Position numbers and translations under genes: made by a program
From: an uncultured Holophaga sp.
GTDB lineage: Bacteria > Acidobacteriota > Holophagae > Holophagales > Holophagaceae
DNA: 64,000 bases
Direction: 5' to 3'
Assembly (NCBI GenBank): GCA_963664825.1
Contig: OY761614.1
Location: 2,496,001-2,560,000, forward strand
Part shown: piece by piece, positions 27,405-36,511 of the stretch
Numbering within the stretch: the stretch's first letter is position 1
Layout: every line of letters begins with the position of its first letter
Notes under the pieces: generated by a model
The model's input: the letters and a program-made list of their open reading frames with translations, nothing else
Told to the model about the DNA's origin: nothing
Databases searched by the model: none

Positions 27405-27836
27405 TCAGGAAGCCTTGTTTCCGAGTGTCGGCGTGGGTTCCGCCGTCACATCGATACAGGGCACCTCGATAATCAGAGGCGCGGGAAGGCTGTTCTCAAG
27501 CTCGATATCGACCTTGTCCTTCCACCCGGCCCGGTTCTTCAGGAAGAACTGGATCGCCTGCACATTGCCACTCACAGCGGCTTCGAAGAGGCTGTTGACC
27601 ACTTCCGCAATGCCCTGAGCCGTTCCCCGCTTGATTGCTTCCATCAATTCTATGTTTGATTTCTTACGATTGATGAGGGTTTGAACGCAAATACCAAGAG
27701 CGTCACATATTTGCTGTTGAGTAAGGCCCCTTGATGCCAGTGTCTCCACTTTCTTGATGTCGATTGGGATCATGGGGTATCCACGCTTCCCCCCTTTGGG
27801 TTTCGGTGGAGCCTTCTTCCTGGGTTTCGGCGTCAT
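27405..27836 (-). CDS. Probable terminase small subunit (HTH)
   Basis: GLTQQQICDALGICVQTL HTH and GNVQAIQFFLKNRAGWKD; upstream of TerL. Confidence 0.72.
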   Translation of the reverse strand: MTPKPRKKAPPKPKGGKRGYPMIPIDIKKVETLASRGLTQQQICDALGICVQTLINRKKSNIELMEAIKRGTAQGIAEVVNSLFEAAVSGNVQAIQFFLKNRAGWKDKVDIELENSLPAPLIIEVPCIDVTAEPTPTLGNKAS

Positions 27837-28561
27837 GATGCTTTCCTGTGTGAGTTCTGGAGCCTGAGATCCGGCATCTTGGTGAGCTGGACTATCGGGG
27901 CGAGGTCTTGGAGTCTGGAGAAGGTGCGGGGCCCGTAGCGATCCACAAGCCCCTTCGCGTCCAGGTTGCTTGTCCAGCAGGTTGCCCCCTGGTGACGGTG
28001 CCGCTCATCAATGACCCGTGCCAGGAGCTGGCCTACCCAATCCTGGGCGGTGACGGCTTCGGCTCCGATGTCATCGAGAATCAGGAGGCGCCCAGGGTCC
28101 AAGAGGGTATCCAGGATCCACGTTTCCACTTCCCCGGCGGTGTAGCGGTTGAAGAGCTGGGCCCTTGCCTTGGCTGTGGATTCTGGCCAGTTGATCCAGG
28201 ATGGCCATGGACGAAGGTAGATCCCCTGTTCTTCAACCGCCCGTCGGATGGGTTGGGCGTTCCCGGCTTCTATCAAGCGGGTCATGTGCTCCTCGGTGGC
28301 CCTTTCGGCGATACGGCGGACCATGGCAGAGACGGCGAAGGTTTTCCCGATGCCGAAGCCTCCGCACAGGCCGAAGCTCCATTGCTTGGGAAGAGACTTC
28401 TTGATGAGGTCGGGAACGTGGTCCCATCGTGCCGTGCGTTCATGGGGGGCTATGCCCACGGCCCTGAGATATGCCTCTACGAAGGCGGGACGCTGGTCCT
28501 GGAAGGCTTTCAGGAGTTCCTCGGGAATGGGTTCAAGCGCTCTTTCCATCACCCTCTCCAA
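27833..28561 (-). CDS. DnaC/IstB-like helicase-loader ATPase
   Basis: GGFGIGKT, LLILDDIGAE, IDERH, TSNL, RTFSRL. Confidence 0.85.
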   Translation of the reverse strand: MERVMERALEPIPEELLKAFQDQRPAFVEAYLRAVGIAPHERTARWDHVPDLIKKSLPKQWSFGLCGGFGIGKTFAVSAMVRRIAERATEEHMTRLIEAGNAQPIRRAVEEQGIYLRPWPSWINWPESTAKARAQLFNRYTAGEVETWILDTLLDPGRLLILDDIGAEAVTAQDWVGQLLARVIDERHRHQGATCWTSNLDAKGLVDRYGPRTFSRLQDLAPIVQLTKMPDLRLQNSHRKAS

Positions 28562-29420
28562 AGAATGCAGCGTTCTGTTTCACGTAGTCCTCACCCGCTT
28601 GGCCTTTGAGGGATGGGGCCCCTGCCTTCTGGGTGGTGCCCTTGTCCTTCGCCCTGGCCAGCCAAGAGGAGATGAACTTCCCCATCCCGGCATAGGTCTT
28701 TTGCCGTGTGGGGTTCTGTTCGAGCCAGAACTTCATGCCGCGGGCCTCTGAGAGCGGGTTCAGTTCCGGGAAGGCTTCCTTCCAGTCGTCCAGCTTCGAC
28801 TGGGTGAGGTGATAGTGCTTCCCCTTCTGGCAAGGCAGAGCCAGGAGCACGGGATCGGGGTTCGACCCATGATTTTCCCCTCCCTGGCTGGGGGCAGAAT
28901 CCGAGCGAAGCAAAGGATTAAAAGATGAAGATGAAGATGAAGAGCCGTCTCCAAAGGGGGGCATTGGTGGGGGCATTGGTGACGGGTTGGGTGAGTCATC
29001 GGGGGGTTGTCCACCTTCACTGATAAACCGGCTGGCCTTCCCTCGGTTCTGCCTCACGTATTCGTCTCGAACCATGCGACTGGAATACCAGAGTGGCCCC
29101 GGCTGCTCTGGTATCAGCTCCACAGGGAACCCACGCTGCCCCGCATGGCAAGGGGTGAACACGAAGACATCACACATCGTCCCTTCGTCGGCTCCCTTGA
29201 TGACGTTCTTGTTCACGAGAGCGACAAGGATTGATGCCTTGCAGCCGATGGCCTGGGCCAGTTCCTTCAAGGGCCAGCGCACAATCCCGTATTCGTCGCT
29301 GTCATGTGCGAGGCAAAGGAAGTCCATGTTGACCCCCTTCTCCTCATGGGTGCAGCGGCGCAAGTTGGTATTGGCCGCGTAATCGCCAGGGTAAAACTGG
29401 AAGCTAGGTCGTCTCGCCAT
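28533..29420 (-). CDS. Phage replication initiator (replisome organiser type)
   Basis: N-terminal MARRPSFQFYPGDY, low-complexity linker, C-terminal W...NPTRQKT...FISSWL; adjacent to DnaC. Confidence 0.75.
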   Translation of the reverse strand: MARRPSFQFYPGDYAANTNLRRCTHEEKGVNMDFLCLAHDSDEYGIVRWPLKELAQAIGCKASILVALVNKNVIKGADEGTMCDVFVFTPCHAGQRGFPVELIPEQPGPLWYSSRMVRDEYVRQNRGKASRFISEGGQPPDDSPNPSPMPPPMPPFGDGSSSSSSSFNPLLRSDSAPSQGGENHGSNPDPVLLALPCQKGKHYHLTQSKLDDWKEAFPELNPLSEARGMKFWLEQNPTRQKTYAGMGKFISSWLARAKDKGTTQKAGAPSLKGQAGEDYVKQNAAFFGEGDGKSA

Positions 29421-29632
29421 CACCGCCTCCGCTGAAAGTAGTGGCCACCTCCCGAGCGGCGAACGGGTTGCGGCTTCGGGAGGTGACAGGGGGCGGGTTC
29501 GGGCTCCATGTGCAGGATCTCCTGATACCAGCGTTCGATGGAATCCGGGTCCATGGAGGTGCCGAAGGGCTCGGGATTGAGCGCGAGGTGTGGCCAGACG
29601 GCGGGCTGAAGAAGAAGTCTGGATCCGCTCAT
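29420..29632 (-). CDS. Hypothetical 70-aa protein
   Basis: Start and stop overlap both neighbours (ATGA and TGATG). Confidence 0.5.
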   Translation of the reverse strand: MSGSRLLLQPAVWPHLALNPEPFGTSMDPDSIERWYQEILHMEPEPAPCHLPKPQPVRRSGGGHYFQRRR

Positions 29633-30573
29633 TCCGGCGCTCCTGAAAGCGTTCGAGCCTTGATTGCGTCCAGATAGGCCGGGTCGTCATGGGGTAGCGT
29701 CCACCAACGCTCTTGATCCATCCAATCCCGATGGGTTTCAAAAACCAGGTGAGGCCATGACCAGCGCTTCTCGAAGGTCAATTCCTCACCATCGGGTTCG
29801 TCGGACACGGGGAATTGATCCCATGCAGCCTCCGCGAGGGGGAAGGACTCTTCTTTAAGCCCTCGAGTGACGAAGTTCCTATGGATCGGCCTCTTCGTGC
29901 CCATGACTTCACCTGCTCCGCTGGGGGCAATCTTCGTCACCACGACATACAGGTAGTCGTTTCCATCCACATTCCTACGGGACGATGACTCGAAAGATTC
30001 TGAGGGCATGATGAAGGCGTCCCATCGCACCCCATCCACCGCGCACTTTCCATGCGCCCCAAAGTTGGGGGCAGGGATCCAGGCTTCAACCGTGGCCACC
30101 TCGGGAGTGTCATTGGATGACACCCTCGGGGTGTTAACGGTTGACACCCGCTCGGATCGCATGTTTGAGACAAATTGATTGGAGACTCCGCATCGGCGGG
30201 CAATCTCCCGGTCTGACCATTGGCTCCACTCGGGGTCATCGAGGAGGGCGGAGGCGGCGCGGCGCTTGTCGGCATTGGTCCGGCGCAAGCCATGGGTCTG
30301 ATTGGCCCCCACGGCGAAGAGACGGGCATCGCGCTGGGTTCCCTGCCGGATCTCGGCGGGGATGTCCTGGAGCCCTGCAAGGCGGGCCCCTTCCACACGA
30401 TGGAAGCCGTCGGCAAGCCAGTAATCGGTGCCGTCATGGAACACGGTGACGGGCGGGAAGATGGCCCCGGCCTTCATCGCATCGGCGTATTCAGCACAGG
30501 TCGTTGAATCCAAGGCGGCGCGGGTTTGAGTGCCTCCATCCATGCGGATTGAACTGATTGGAAGGTCCCTCAT
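29629..30573 (-). CDS. ParB/Srx-like N-terminal domain plus HTH protein
   Basis: GTQTR, FPPVTVF, LADGFHR, WSDREIARRCGVS. Confidence 0.82.
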   Translation of the reverse strand: MRDLPISSIRMDGGTQTRAALDSTTCAEYADAMKAGAIFPPVTVFHDGTDYWLADGFHRVEGARLAGLQDIPAEIRQGTQRDARLFAVGANQTHGLRRTNADKRRAASALLDDPEWSQWSDREIARRCGVSNQFVSNMRSERVSTVNTPRVSSNDTPEVATVEAWIPAPNFGAHGKCAVDGVRWDAFIMPSESFESSSRRNVDGNDYLYVVVTKIAPSGAGEVMGTKRPIHRNFVTRGLKEESFPLAEAAWDQFPVSDEPDGEELTFEKRWSWPHLVFETHRDWMDQERWWTLPHDDPAYLDAIKARTLSGAPE

Positions 30574-30866
30574 TCCGCGACCTCATCCACTCGCAGCTTC
30601 CAGGACGGGCAAAGCGTGGTGAGGCACTTTCCGGGCTTCTTGGCCTGGCAGAAGTATTCCAGCGTCGTCGCGCCCGGGTATTCCTTTTGGAATGCGGCCG
30701 GGGCACCGACATCACGCTGTGCCTTAAACCGGCAGGTAGCGCAGGAGTGGGAGGCCGGGTTGTCATGACACCGGGCCTCATGGGCCTTGCAGGAGCTTGC
30801 GGAGGCATAGGGCCTGCCGTGTCCAGGGGCACAGTGTTCGCAGCGGTAAGCGGTGATGGTCTTCAT
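30570..30866 (-). CDS. Cys/His-rich putative Zn-binding phage protein
   Basis: YRCEHC...CKAHEARC...CATC; GGAGA RBS; ATGA overlap with parB. Confidence 0.65.
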   Translation of the reverse strand: MKTITAYRCEHCAPGHGRPYASASSCKAHEARCHDNPASHSCATCRFKAQRDVGAPAAFQKEYPGATTLEYFCQAKKPGKCLTTLCPSWKLRVDEVAE

Positions 30867-30915
30867 TGGTATCTCTCCGATTGGATGATTGATTTCGATT
30901 GAATGCGTGTGCTTC

Positions 30916-31332
30916 TCAGCCCGGGTCAACTTCAACGCCGAGCAGTTCCGCTTTCTGGCGTCTTCGCTCCATGAGGTTCTGAGCGTGGTAGAAATCTCGG
31001 ATCGCAAAGAGGGCTTCACGCTGGGTTGCTCGGGTCGCTCGGCGCGGGAGTAGAAGCACGGCGGGAGAGCCGTCAAGCAGCGTGTCACCAGGGACGAAGA
31101 GCCACCCTGGAAGGGAACCGCGGTCGCCTGCCAAGATCACCGAGTGTTCCTCTCCGGCTTCCCAGAGTTCGGGAATGATGCAGGTCTGAGGCGCTGGAAC
31201 CTTCCTATGGATTCGGCTGAAGGTATTGATCCCGATCCCATCCCAAGGACGGGAGAGGGGCAGTCCCTTTCTGGCCCCTTGGGTGATGGTGTTCAATTTC
31301 GAACAGGTCGAAGGCGTGGTGGTGGTCTTCAT
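30916..31332 (-). CDS. Hypothetical phage protein
   Basis: ATGA overlap with the upstream ORF. Confidence 0.55.
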   Translation of the reverse strand: MKTTTTPSTCSKLNTITQGARKGLPLSRPWDGIGINTFSRIHRKVPAPQTCIIPELWEAGEEHSVILAGDRGSLPGWLFVPGDTLLDGSPAVLLLPRRATRATQREALFAIRDFYHAQNLMERRRQKAELLGVEVDPG

Positions 31333-31685
31333 GCCGTCACCTTCCCAAGCAGCGCCGATCCCTCATAGATCAGCGACAGGGTGCGAAGCATGGTTTCAGC
31401 GACTGGCAGAACATCGGAGTCGCATATATCGACGCCCACCATGTGCGCCATCTCTTCCATGCGCTCCTTGTGGGCTTCGAATCGAGCGTAATGAAGATCC
31501 TGCTGAAGTTCCTCCTCAGTTGCTGTGTGGAGAAAGTCATCCACTGATAGGGTGCGGATTAGATCGAAGGCCAGCTCTCTCGGAATCTCCACCATCGAGA
31601 CATGGAGATCACGGTCACTGGATCTCCAGAGGATGTCGGGAGCGGGGCAGGCCTTCGGCGTGGTGGTGCTATTCGTGGTCGTCAT
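31329..31685 (-). CDS. Hypothetical phage protein
   Basis: GAGG RBS before MTTTNS; co-oriented with the operon. Confidence 0.55.
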   Translation of the reverse strand: MTTTNSTTTPKACPAPDILWRSSDRDLHVSMVEIPRELAFDLIRTLSVDDFLHTATEEELQQDLHYARFEAHKERMEEMAHMVGVDICDSDVLPVAETMLRTLSLIYEGSALLGKVTA

Positions 31686-31699
31686 TGTCGTGATCCTCT

Positions 31700-31942
31700 T
31701 CAGCAGGCTTCGGGAAGGTTGTGGCCGGGTTTGCGGAGCAACCAAGCCGAGACTTCGGGAATGTTGAAGAGGAGACGGCCACCCAGGCGCCGATGGGGAA
31801 GACCATCCTGCATGACGATCATGCGGTTGATGTTCGCCGTGCTGCCGAGGGCGGGAAGGGCCACTTGCAGGGCCTTGACGGTTGCCACCCACTCAGGGGG
31901 CACTACAGCCTTTTCAGGCTGGGGATTGAAGGGAAGGGACAT
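31700..31942 (-). CDS. Excisionase-like HTH protein
   Basis: GLPHRRLGGRLLFNIPEVSAWL (MerR/Xis-type wing). Confidence 0.7.
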   Translation of the reverse strand: MSLPFNPQPEKAVVPPEWVATVKALQVALPALGSTANINRMIVMQDGLPHRRLGGRLLFNIPEVSAWLLRKPGHNLPEAC

Positions 31943-32096
31943 TGATTTCTCCAACAAGTTTGGGCCTGTTGCGCCGGTTCCCCTTGGCCCATACTTGTTG
32001 GGTCCGGCGTAGTGCGTAGCTGTGCTGCTCGGGTTCCCCCTGATGCCCCTCGGTCTGCCAGGACCAAGGAAAACGGCATGGGGGGATGTTCTTTTA

Positions 32097-32549
32097 TTAG
32101 GCTATTTGGTTATCTTTCGTCTGTGCTCTGAGTTTGTATTCTGAGTTTGTAACAGAATTATACCTTCCTTCTTTGCCTGCATTTATCGCTACTCCGCGCC
32201 ATAATTCATCATCTTTGCACCTGCGATTTAGTGCTTCCATTTCTTCTGGGCCGTAATCTTTATTGAGTTTTTTGTATTTTTCTCGCTCGTGGATTGTGAG
32301 CAACATAACTCCTTCTTGCCAATCAATAAACTCTTGAGTGTTTCTAAAACCCATCTCGATGGCATATTTTTGATTTGCCATTCGCCATTGCTCTTCGGGC
32401 CTCGCAAGGGAAATTAAACGTAGGAGCGCTTGGGTCCTAGAAACGCCGAATCCACCCTCTTGAGACAGGAAGGCGGCGTATTGGTCAAGCCATTCCAGCG
32501 TCTCGGGGGGGAGCCGGAATGCGGCCTGGATTGTCTTGGGTTCGTCCAT
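32097..32549 (-). CDS. Putative ribbon-helix-helix regulator, low-GC gene
   Basis: QAAFRLPPETLEWLDQYA...SRTQALLRLI; AT-rich 3' half. Confidence 0.55.
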   Translation of the reverse strand: MDEPKTIQAAFRLPPETLEWLDQYAAFLSQEGGFGVSRTQALLRLISLARPEEQWRMANQKYAIEMGFRNTQEFIDWQEGVMLLTIHEREKYKKLNKDYGPEEMEALNRRCKDDELWRGVAINAGKEGRYNSVTNSEYKLRAQTKDNQIA

Positions 32550-32606
32550 GTTCCCAATGTAAACCAATCGGTCCCACTGTCAACATCCATGAACAATCTT
32601 TTTTTC

Positions 32607-32838
32607 TCATGGCTTTAAGTTCTTCTTCTTGCGTGACTTATCCCCGCCGAATCCCTCGATTGCTTCCCCGATCTGCTCAACCGCGGCCCGCAGCGGGTCC
32701 AGGTCGGCATGGGAATACCGCTCCGTGGTCTTGGAGCTGGCATGGCCCAGGAGCTTCTGACGAAGGGTGATGTTCTGATTGAGGGTCACTGAGAGGGTGC
32801 CGAAGGAATGCCGGAGGTCGTGCATCCGAACGTCTGGA
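32607..32838 (-). pseudogene. C-terminal fragment of a tyrosine integrase, cut by IS66
   Basis: PDVRMHDLRHSFGT...LLGHASSKTTERYSH; the upstream coding sequence is replaced by the IS end at 32839. Confidence 0.9.
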
Positions 32839-34466
32839 GTATCGATTCACCCCCCTTGTCCCTGTGACCACGTAAGCCGGTGGCAGGCAGCCATGATGGG
32901 CTGGTGATGTCCCGCTTGCCCTGGCAGCCTCAGGCTGGTTCCAGTGCCGGTAGGGGCTGGTTGGATCGGGCGGAGTGGAGGGCCCTGAGCAGCCAGTCGA
33001 AGTAGGGGACGCCGCGGATGCGGGCGGTGGTGCCCAGGCTCAGGAGGCGTTCGAAGAATCGCTTTCCGTCCGCGCTGGGCAGTCGCTGGAAGATCCGCTT
33101 GAGGATCACGAGGGGGCGCAGGGCCCGCTCGGCCGCATTGTTCGTCGGCTCCACGCCCTCGACCTTCAGGAACACCCAGAGCTTGTCCCATTTCCGGAGG
33201 AGGTCCTTCCCGAGGTTTCGGGCGGCCTTGTGATCCATCGCGCTGGCCTGGATCAGACCGCGTTTGAGCCGCGCCAGATTGATGGCGGTGCAGGCCCGGA
33301 GCTCTTTCCGGCTGATGTCGCCCGCCCGGAAGGTGTGCCACAGCGCAAAGATCTCCTCCTGCTCGGCGAGCAGTCGCTTTCCCAGTGCGGCCACCTCGGG
33401 CTTCTGGGATTCGCTCAGGGCGACGAACTCGCGGCGCAAATGGGCCCAGCAGAACTGGCGAACGGCAGATTTTAAGGCGTTGTAGGCGCCGTAGCGGTCC
33501 GTGCCAATCACGCCTTGGAAGTCCTCGGGAAGTATCGCCTTTAGGGCCCTCGCCCCACGGGTGTCACTGAAGTGGAAGAGGGCCGTACGGGCGGAAAGGG
33601 CCACCCAGATCCAGTCCCGGTCCTTCCGGCCGAAGCCGGTCTCGTCGAGGTTGAGCACATCCGCCGTACGGATCTGCTGGGAGAGGTCCTCCCAGGCGGG
33701 GAGTAGGTGGCTCCCCAGCGCCACACCGCTCTCGTGCAGCCAACCGCGTGAGACCGCTACGCCCGTCATCTCCGAGAGGAAACGCTGGAGCGGCGTCAGG
33801 CTCATGCGGCCCTCTGTGCGCAGATAGGCCGCCGCAGCCTGAAGGCGCGGGCCGATCCCGCCCGGCGCAGCCTCTGGGGGAAGCGGCGCCTGCACCTTCC
33901 TCTGGCAGTGCGGGCAGATCCCCTCCTCCAGCGCGTAGGCGATGACTTCTGTGAGGCGCTGAGCCAGATCCACCACCCGGTGCAGGCGCGTCCCGGTGAT
34001 GGCCCCTGAAGGAACCTCGCCTCGGCAGTGGGGGCAACAGGCGAGGGGCACCGAAACCGTACGGTCCTCGCTGCCTTCCGGCAGCATCACCCGAGCGGAT
34101 CCCTTCCGTCCCGGTTGGCCGCCGCGCTTGCGCCCCGTGGGCGGCGCCGGTGGCTTGGGTGGCGCCGCGGGTCCGTCCGAACTGGGGGGCTTGCTGCTGT
34201 TGCGACTGTCCTTCCCGAGGCGATCCTGGAGCGACTCCAGCAATTTTTCCAGGCGTTCCATCGCCTCCCGCAGGCAGACCATTTCCGCACGCAGTTCCCC
34301 GTTCTCGGCAGCCAGGGCCAGATAACGCGGATCAGTCAGAACAGGATCAAGCTCCATCCTTCAGAATCTGACTGGTTTGAGACCAAAGTACAAGCGAATT
34401 ATTCACTTGCGGTGATTTTATCCTCAATCACGAGTTGAGCCTGCATGGGGGGGGGTGAATCGATAC
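32839..34466 (-). mobile_element. IS66-family element (single ORF, ISBst12-like), copy 1, no TSD
   Basis: 1628 bp; TIR GTATCGATTCACCCCCC at both ends; flanks CGTCTGGA and TCCCCTTT do not match. Confidence 0.93.
32930..34357 (-). CDS. IS66-family transposase
   Basis: SRNSSKPPSSD, GGQPG, CPHC twice, DETG, TDRY, QFCWAHLRR, TNNAAERALR. Confidence 0.95.
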   Translation of the reverse strand: MELDPVLTDPRYLALAAENGELRAEMVCLREAMERLEKLLESLQDRLGKDSRNSSKPPSSDGPAAPPKPPAPPTGRKRGGQPGRKGSARVMLPEGSEDRTVSVPLACCPHCRGEVPSGAITGTRLHRVVDLAQRLTEVIAYALEEGICPHCQRKVQAPLPPEAAPGGIGPRLQAAAAYLRTEGRMSLTPLQRFLSEMTGVAVSRGWLHESGVALGSHLLPAWEDLSQQIRTADVLNLDETGFGRKDRDWIWVALSARTALFHFSDTRGARALKAILPEDFQGVIGTDRYGAYNALKSAVRQFCWAHLRREFVALSESQKPEVAALGKRLLAEQEEIFALWHTFRAGDISRKELRACTAINLARLKRGLIQASAMDHKAARNLGKDLLRKWDKLWVFLKVEGVEPTNNAAERALRPLVILKRIFQRLPSADGKRFFERLLSLGTTARIRGVPYFDWLLRALHSARSNQPLPALEPA

Positions 34467-34485
34467 TCCCCTTTTCTGAGGGGAG

Positions 34486-35754
34486 GTGCCCATGGAGGGC
34501 GCAATGGAAGTGGTGCACAGCGTGGCCTGTGGGCTGGACGTGCACGCGGCGGTGGTGGTGGCGTGCCTGGTGCGGACGGGCCTGAATGGAGGCCCGCACT
34601 ACGAGGAGCGTTCGTTCGGGACCGGGCTCGCGGAGCTGAAGGAGCTCCGGGATTGGCTTGTAGCCAGCGGGTGCCAGATGGCCGGGATGGAGGCGACCGG
34701 GGTGTACTGGATGCCAGTGCACGGTGTGCTGGAGGGAAAGGTGCCGGTGGTGGTGGGGAACCCGCAGCACATGAAGGGGCTCCGCGGGCATAAGACGGAC
34801 CGTAAGGACGCGAAGTGGATTGCGACGCTGGTGCGGCATGACCTGATCCGGGGGAGCTTCGTGCCGCCGCCCGAATTTCGGGACGCTCGGGAGCTGACAC
34901 GCTTCCGGCGGCAGCTGATCCAGGCCCGGACGGCGGTGCGGAACGAGATCCAGCGCCTCCTGGCGCGGCAGGGGATCACGTTCGGCACGGTGCTGAGCAA
35001 CGTGTTCGGAGCCTCGGGGATGGCGATCCTGGAGGCACTGGCCGAGGGGCGGAGCGTGCTGGAGGAACTGCCGAAGCTCGTGCATCGGTCGGTGCGGGTG
35101 AAGCTTCCGATGCTGAGCGCAGCCCTGGAGGCGCCCATGGCGGACATTCCGAGGTATCTGCTGATGACGCAGCTCCAGCGGCTGGAGGCGGTGGAGGAGG
35201 ACATCCAGACGATCGAGCAAAAGATCGCGGCGCACCTGGAGCCCCACAAGGCCAAGCTGGAACTGCTGATGACGATCCCCGGCGTGAGCCTGACCTCGGG
35301 GTGCATCATCCTGGCGGAGATCGGCGTGGATATGACCTGCTGGCCGACGGCGAAGCACCTGTCGGCGTGGGGCGGGGTGGCGCCAGGGTGCCGGGAGAGT
35401 GGCGGGAAGACGCATCGGGCCGGAACCCGGAAGGGGAATCCCTACCTGTGCAGCACGCTCGTGGAATGTGCCGGCGCAGCCGTGAAGAAGAAGGACTGCC
35501 ACCTGGGGCGAAAGTATCGGCACCTGGCGGCCCAGACCGGCAGCAAGAAGAAGGCACTCATCGCGATCGCCAGGAAACTGCTCGTGCTGGTGTACAACCT
35601 GCTGGGCCAAGGAGGACCTTATGAAGAGCCGAAGCCAAAGGACCTGACGGACGAGAAGCGGAGGAAGGCCGTCCAGAGGCATCTGCGAGAACTGGCCAAA
35701 CTGGGCGTTTCGGTGGACCTGCTCCCGATCGAACTCGAAATACAACATGCCTAG
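34486..35754 (+). CDS. IS110-family DEDD recombinase (start may be 34504)
   Basis: GLDVH, MEATGVYW, KTDRKDA, TIPGV, ESGGK, AIARKLL. Confidence 0.93.
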   Translation: MPMEGAMEVVHSVACGLDVHAAVVVACLVRTGLNGGPHYEERSFGTGLAELKELRDWLVASGCQMAGMEATGVYWMPVHGVLEGKVPVVVGNPQHMKGLRGHKTDRKDAKWIATLVRHDLIRGSFVPPPEFRDARELTRFRRQLIQARTAVRNEIQRLLARQGITFGTVLSNVFGASGMAILEALAEGRSVLEELPKLVHRSVRVKLPMLSAALEAPMADIPRYLLMTQLQRLEAVEEDIQTIEQKIAAHLEPHKAKLELLMTIPGVSLTSGCIILAEIGVDMTCWPTAKHLSAWGGVAPGCRESGGKTHRAGTRKGNPYLCSTLVECAGAAVKKKDCHLGRKYRHLAAQTGSKKKALIAIARKLLVLVYNLLGQGGPYEEPKPKDLTDEKRRKAVQRHLRELAKLGVSVDLLPIELEIQHA

Positions 35755-35987
35755 AAACAATCAGTTCGATTGACTTTCATGGCAGGCGGTGCGAGACATT
35801 GCATGTGGTTGATCCGGACAAGTGGTGATGAACGTGCGTGCTAAATGCTAATCAGAATGGGCGCTTGAATGTTGCGAATATGCTTGTTTATGGAGAACGT
35901 TGGAATTTTGGGAGTGCTGACCTTTAATCTTGTGACCGATGTGAAAATGGGCGGCGCGAAGATCGTGTTCAGATTGATTGAGAAGAC

Positions 35988-36110
35988 GCCTAACGATACG
36001 AGCTAACCGGCGCTGCCGAAGCGGCGCGGTGAGCGGGGATGAGAAATCGGAAAGAACGGCGAGGACGGTGCCTCGCAGAGGCAGCGTCTAGGTTGAGCGA
36101 CCGGTTAGGC
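35988..36110 (-). repeat. attC site
   Basis: GCCTAAC...GTTGAGCGACCGGTTAGGC; near-identical to 41012-41134. Confidence 0.92.
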
Positions 36111-36388
36111 GAGAACGCAGCGTTGGTGCGGGCCGCGATGGTTCGAAGCGATCCGATTGGATTGGCGTTCCTGGACCTGGAAGCTTGCATGGGCAAATCG
36201 GAGAAATGGGCCGAGAAGAGCCGTGCTGCTGAATTGGAAAGGCCGTTGGGCTAGGCGCGTGTTCGAATTGTCGGAGCGTACTCGGAACGATGATAGCGGT
36301 TTTATCGATTAAGTTGACGTGGCTGGATAGTTGGAAGGAAAGCGCTGGGAGAGTTTTGCAGTTCAGCAACGCCAGAAAGCCAGGAGAC
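36111..36388 (-). other. ORF-less gene cassette, copy 2
   Basis: No convincing RBS-ATG ORF; 12 substitutions relative to 41135-41412. Confidence 0.7.
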
Positions 36389-36511
36389 GCCTAACGATTG
36401 GAGTTAACCGGCGCTGCCGAAGCGGCGCGGTGGTGAGAGACGAGAAATCCGAACGCTGATCGAGGACGGTGACTCGCAGAGGCAGCGTCCGGGTTGAACG
36501 ATTGGTTAGGC
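36389..36511 (-). repeat. attC site
   Basis: GCCTAAC-N5-AGTTAACCGGCGCTGCC...GGCAGCGTCCGGGTTGAACGATTGGTTAGGC. Confidence 0.93.

Larger units (their letters stand above)
23355..32838 (-). mobile_element. tRNA-Ser-integrated phage-satellite-like element or defective prophage, right end truncated
   Basis: Co-oriented phage-type genes (integrase remnant, HTH, ParB, Rep, DnaC, TerS, TerL, Mor, AlpA) begin at the tRNA 3' end; visibly lower GC than the flanks; no attR found. Confidence 0.85.

Noticed and set aside
24400..31942. Similar N-termini of the toxin (MSLPFDPKP) and the Xis-like protein (MSLPFNPQP)
   Set aside because: The similarity is limited to a few residues with no extended DNA repeat; probably chance.
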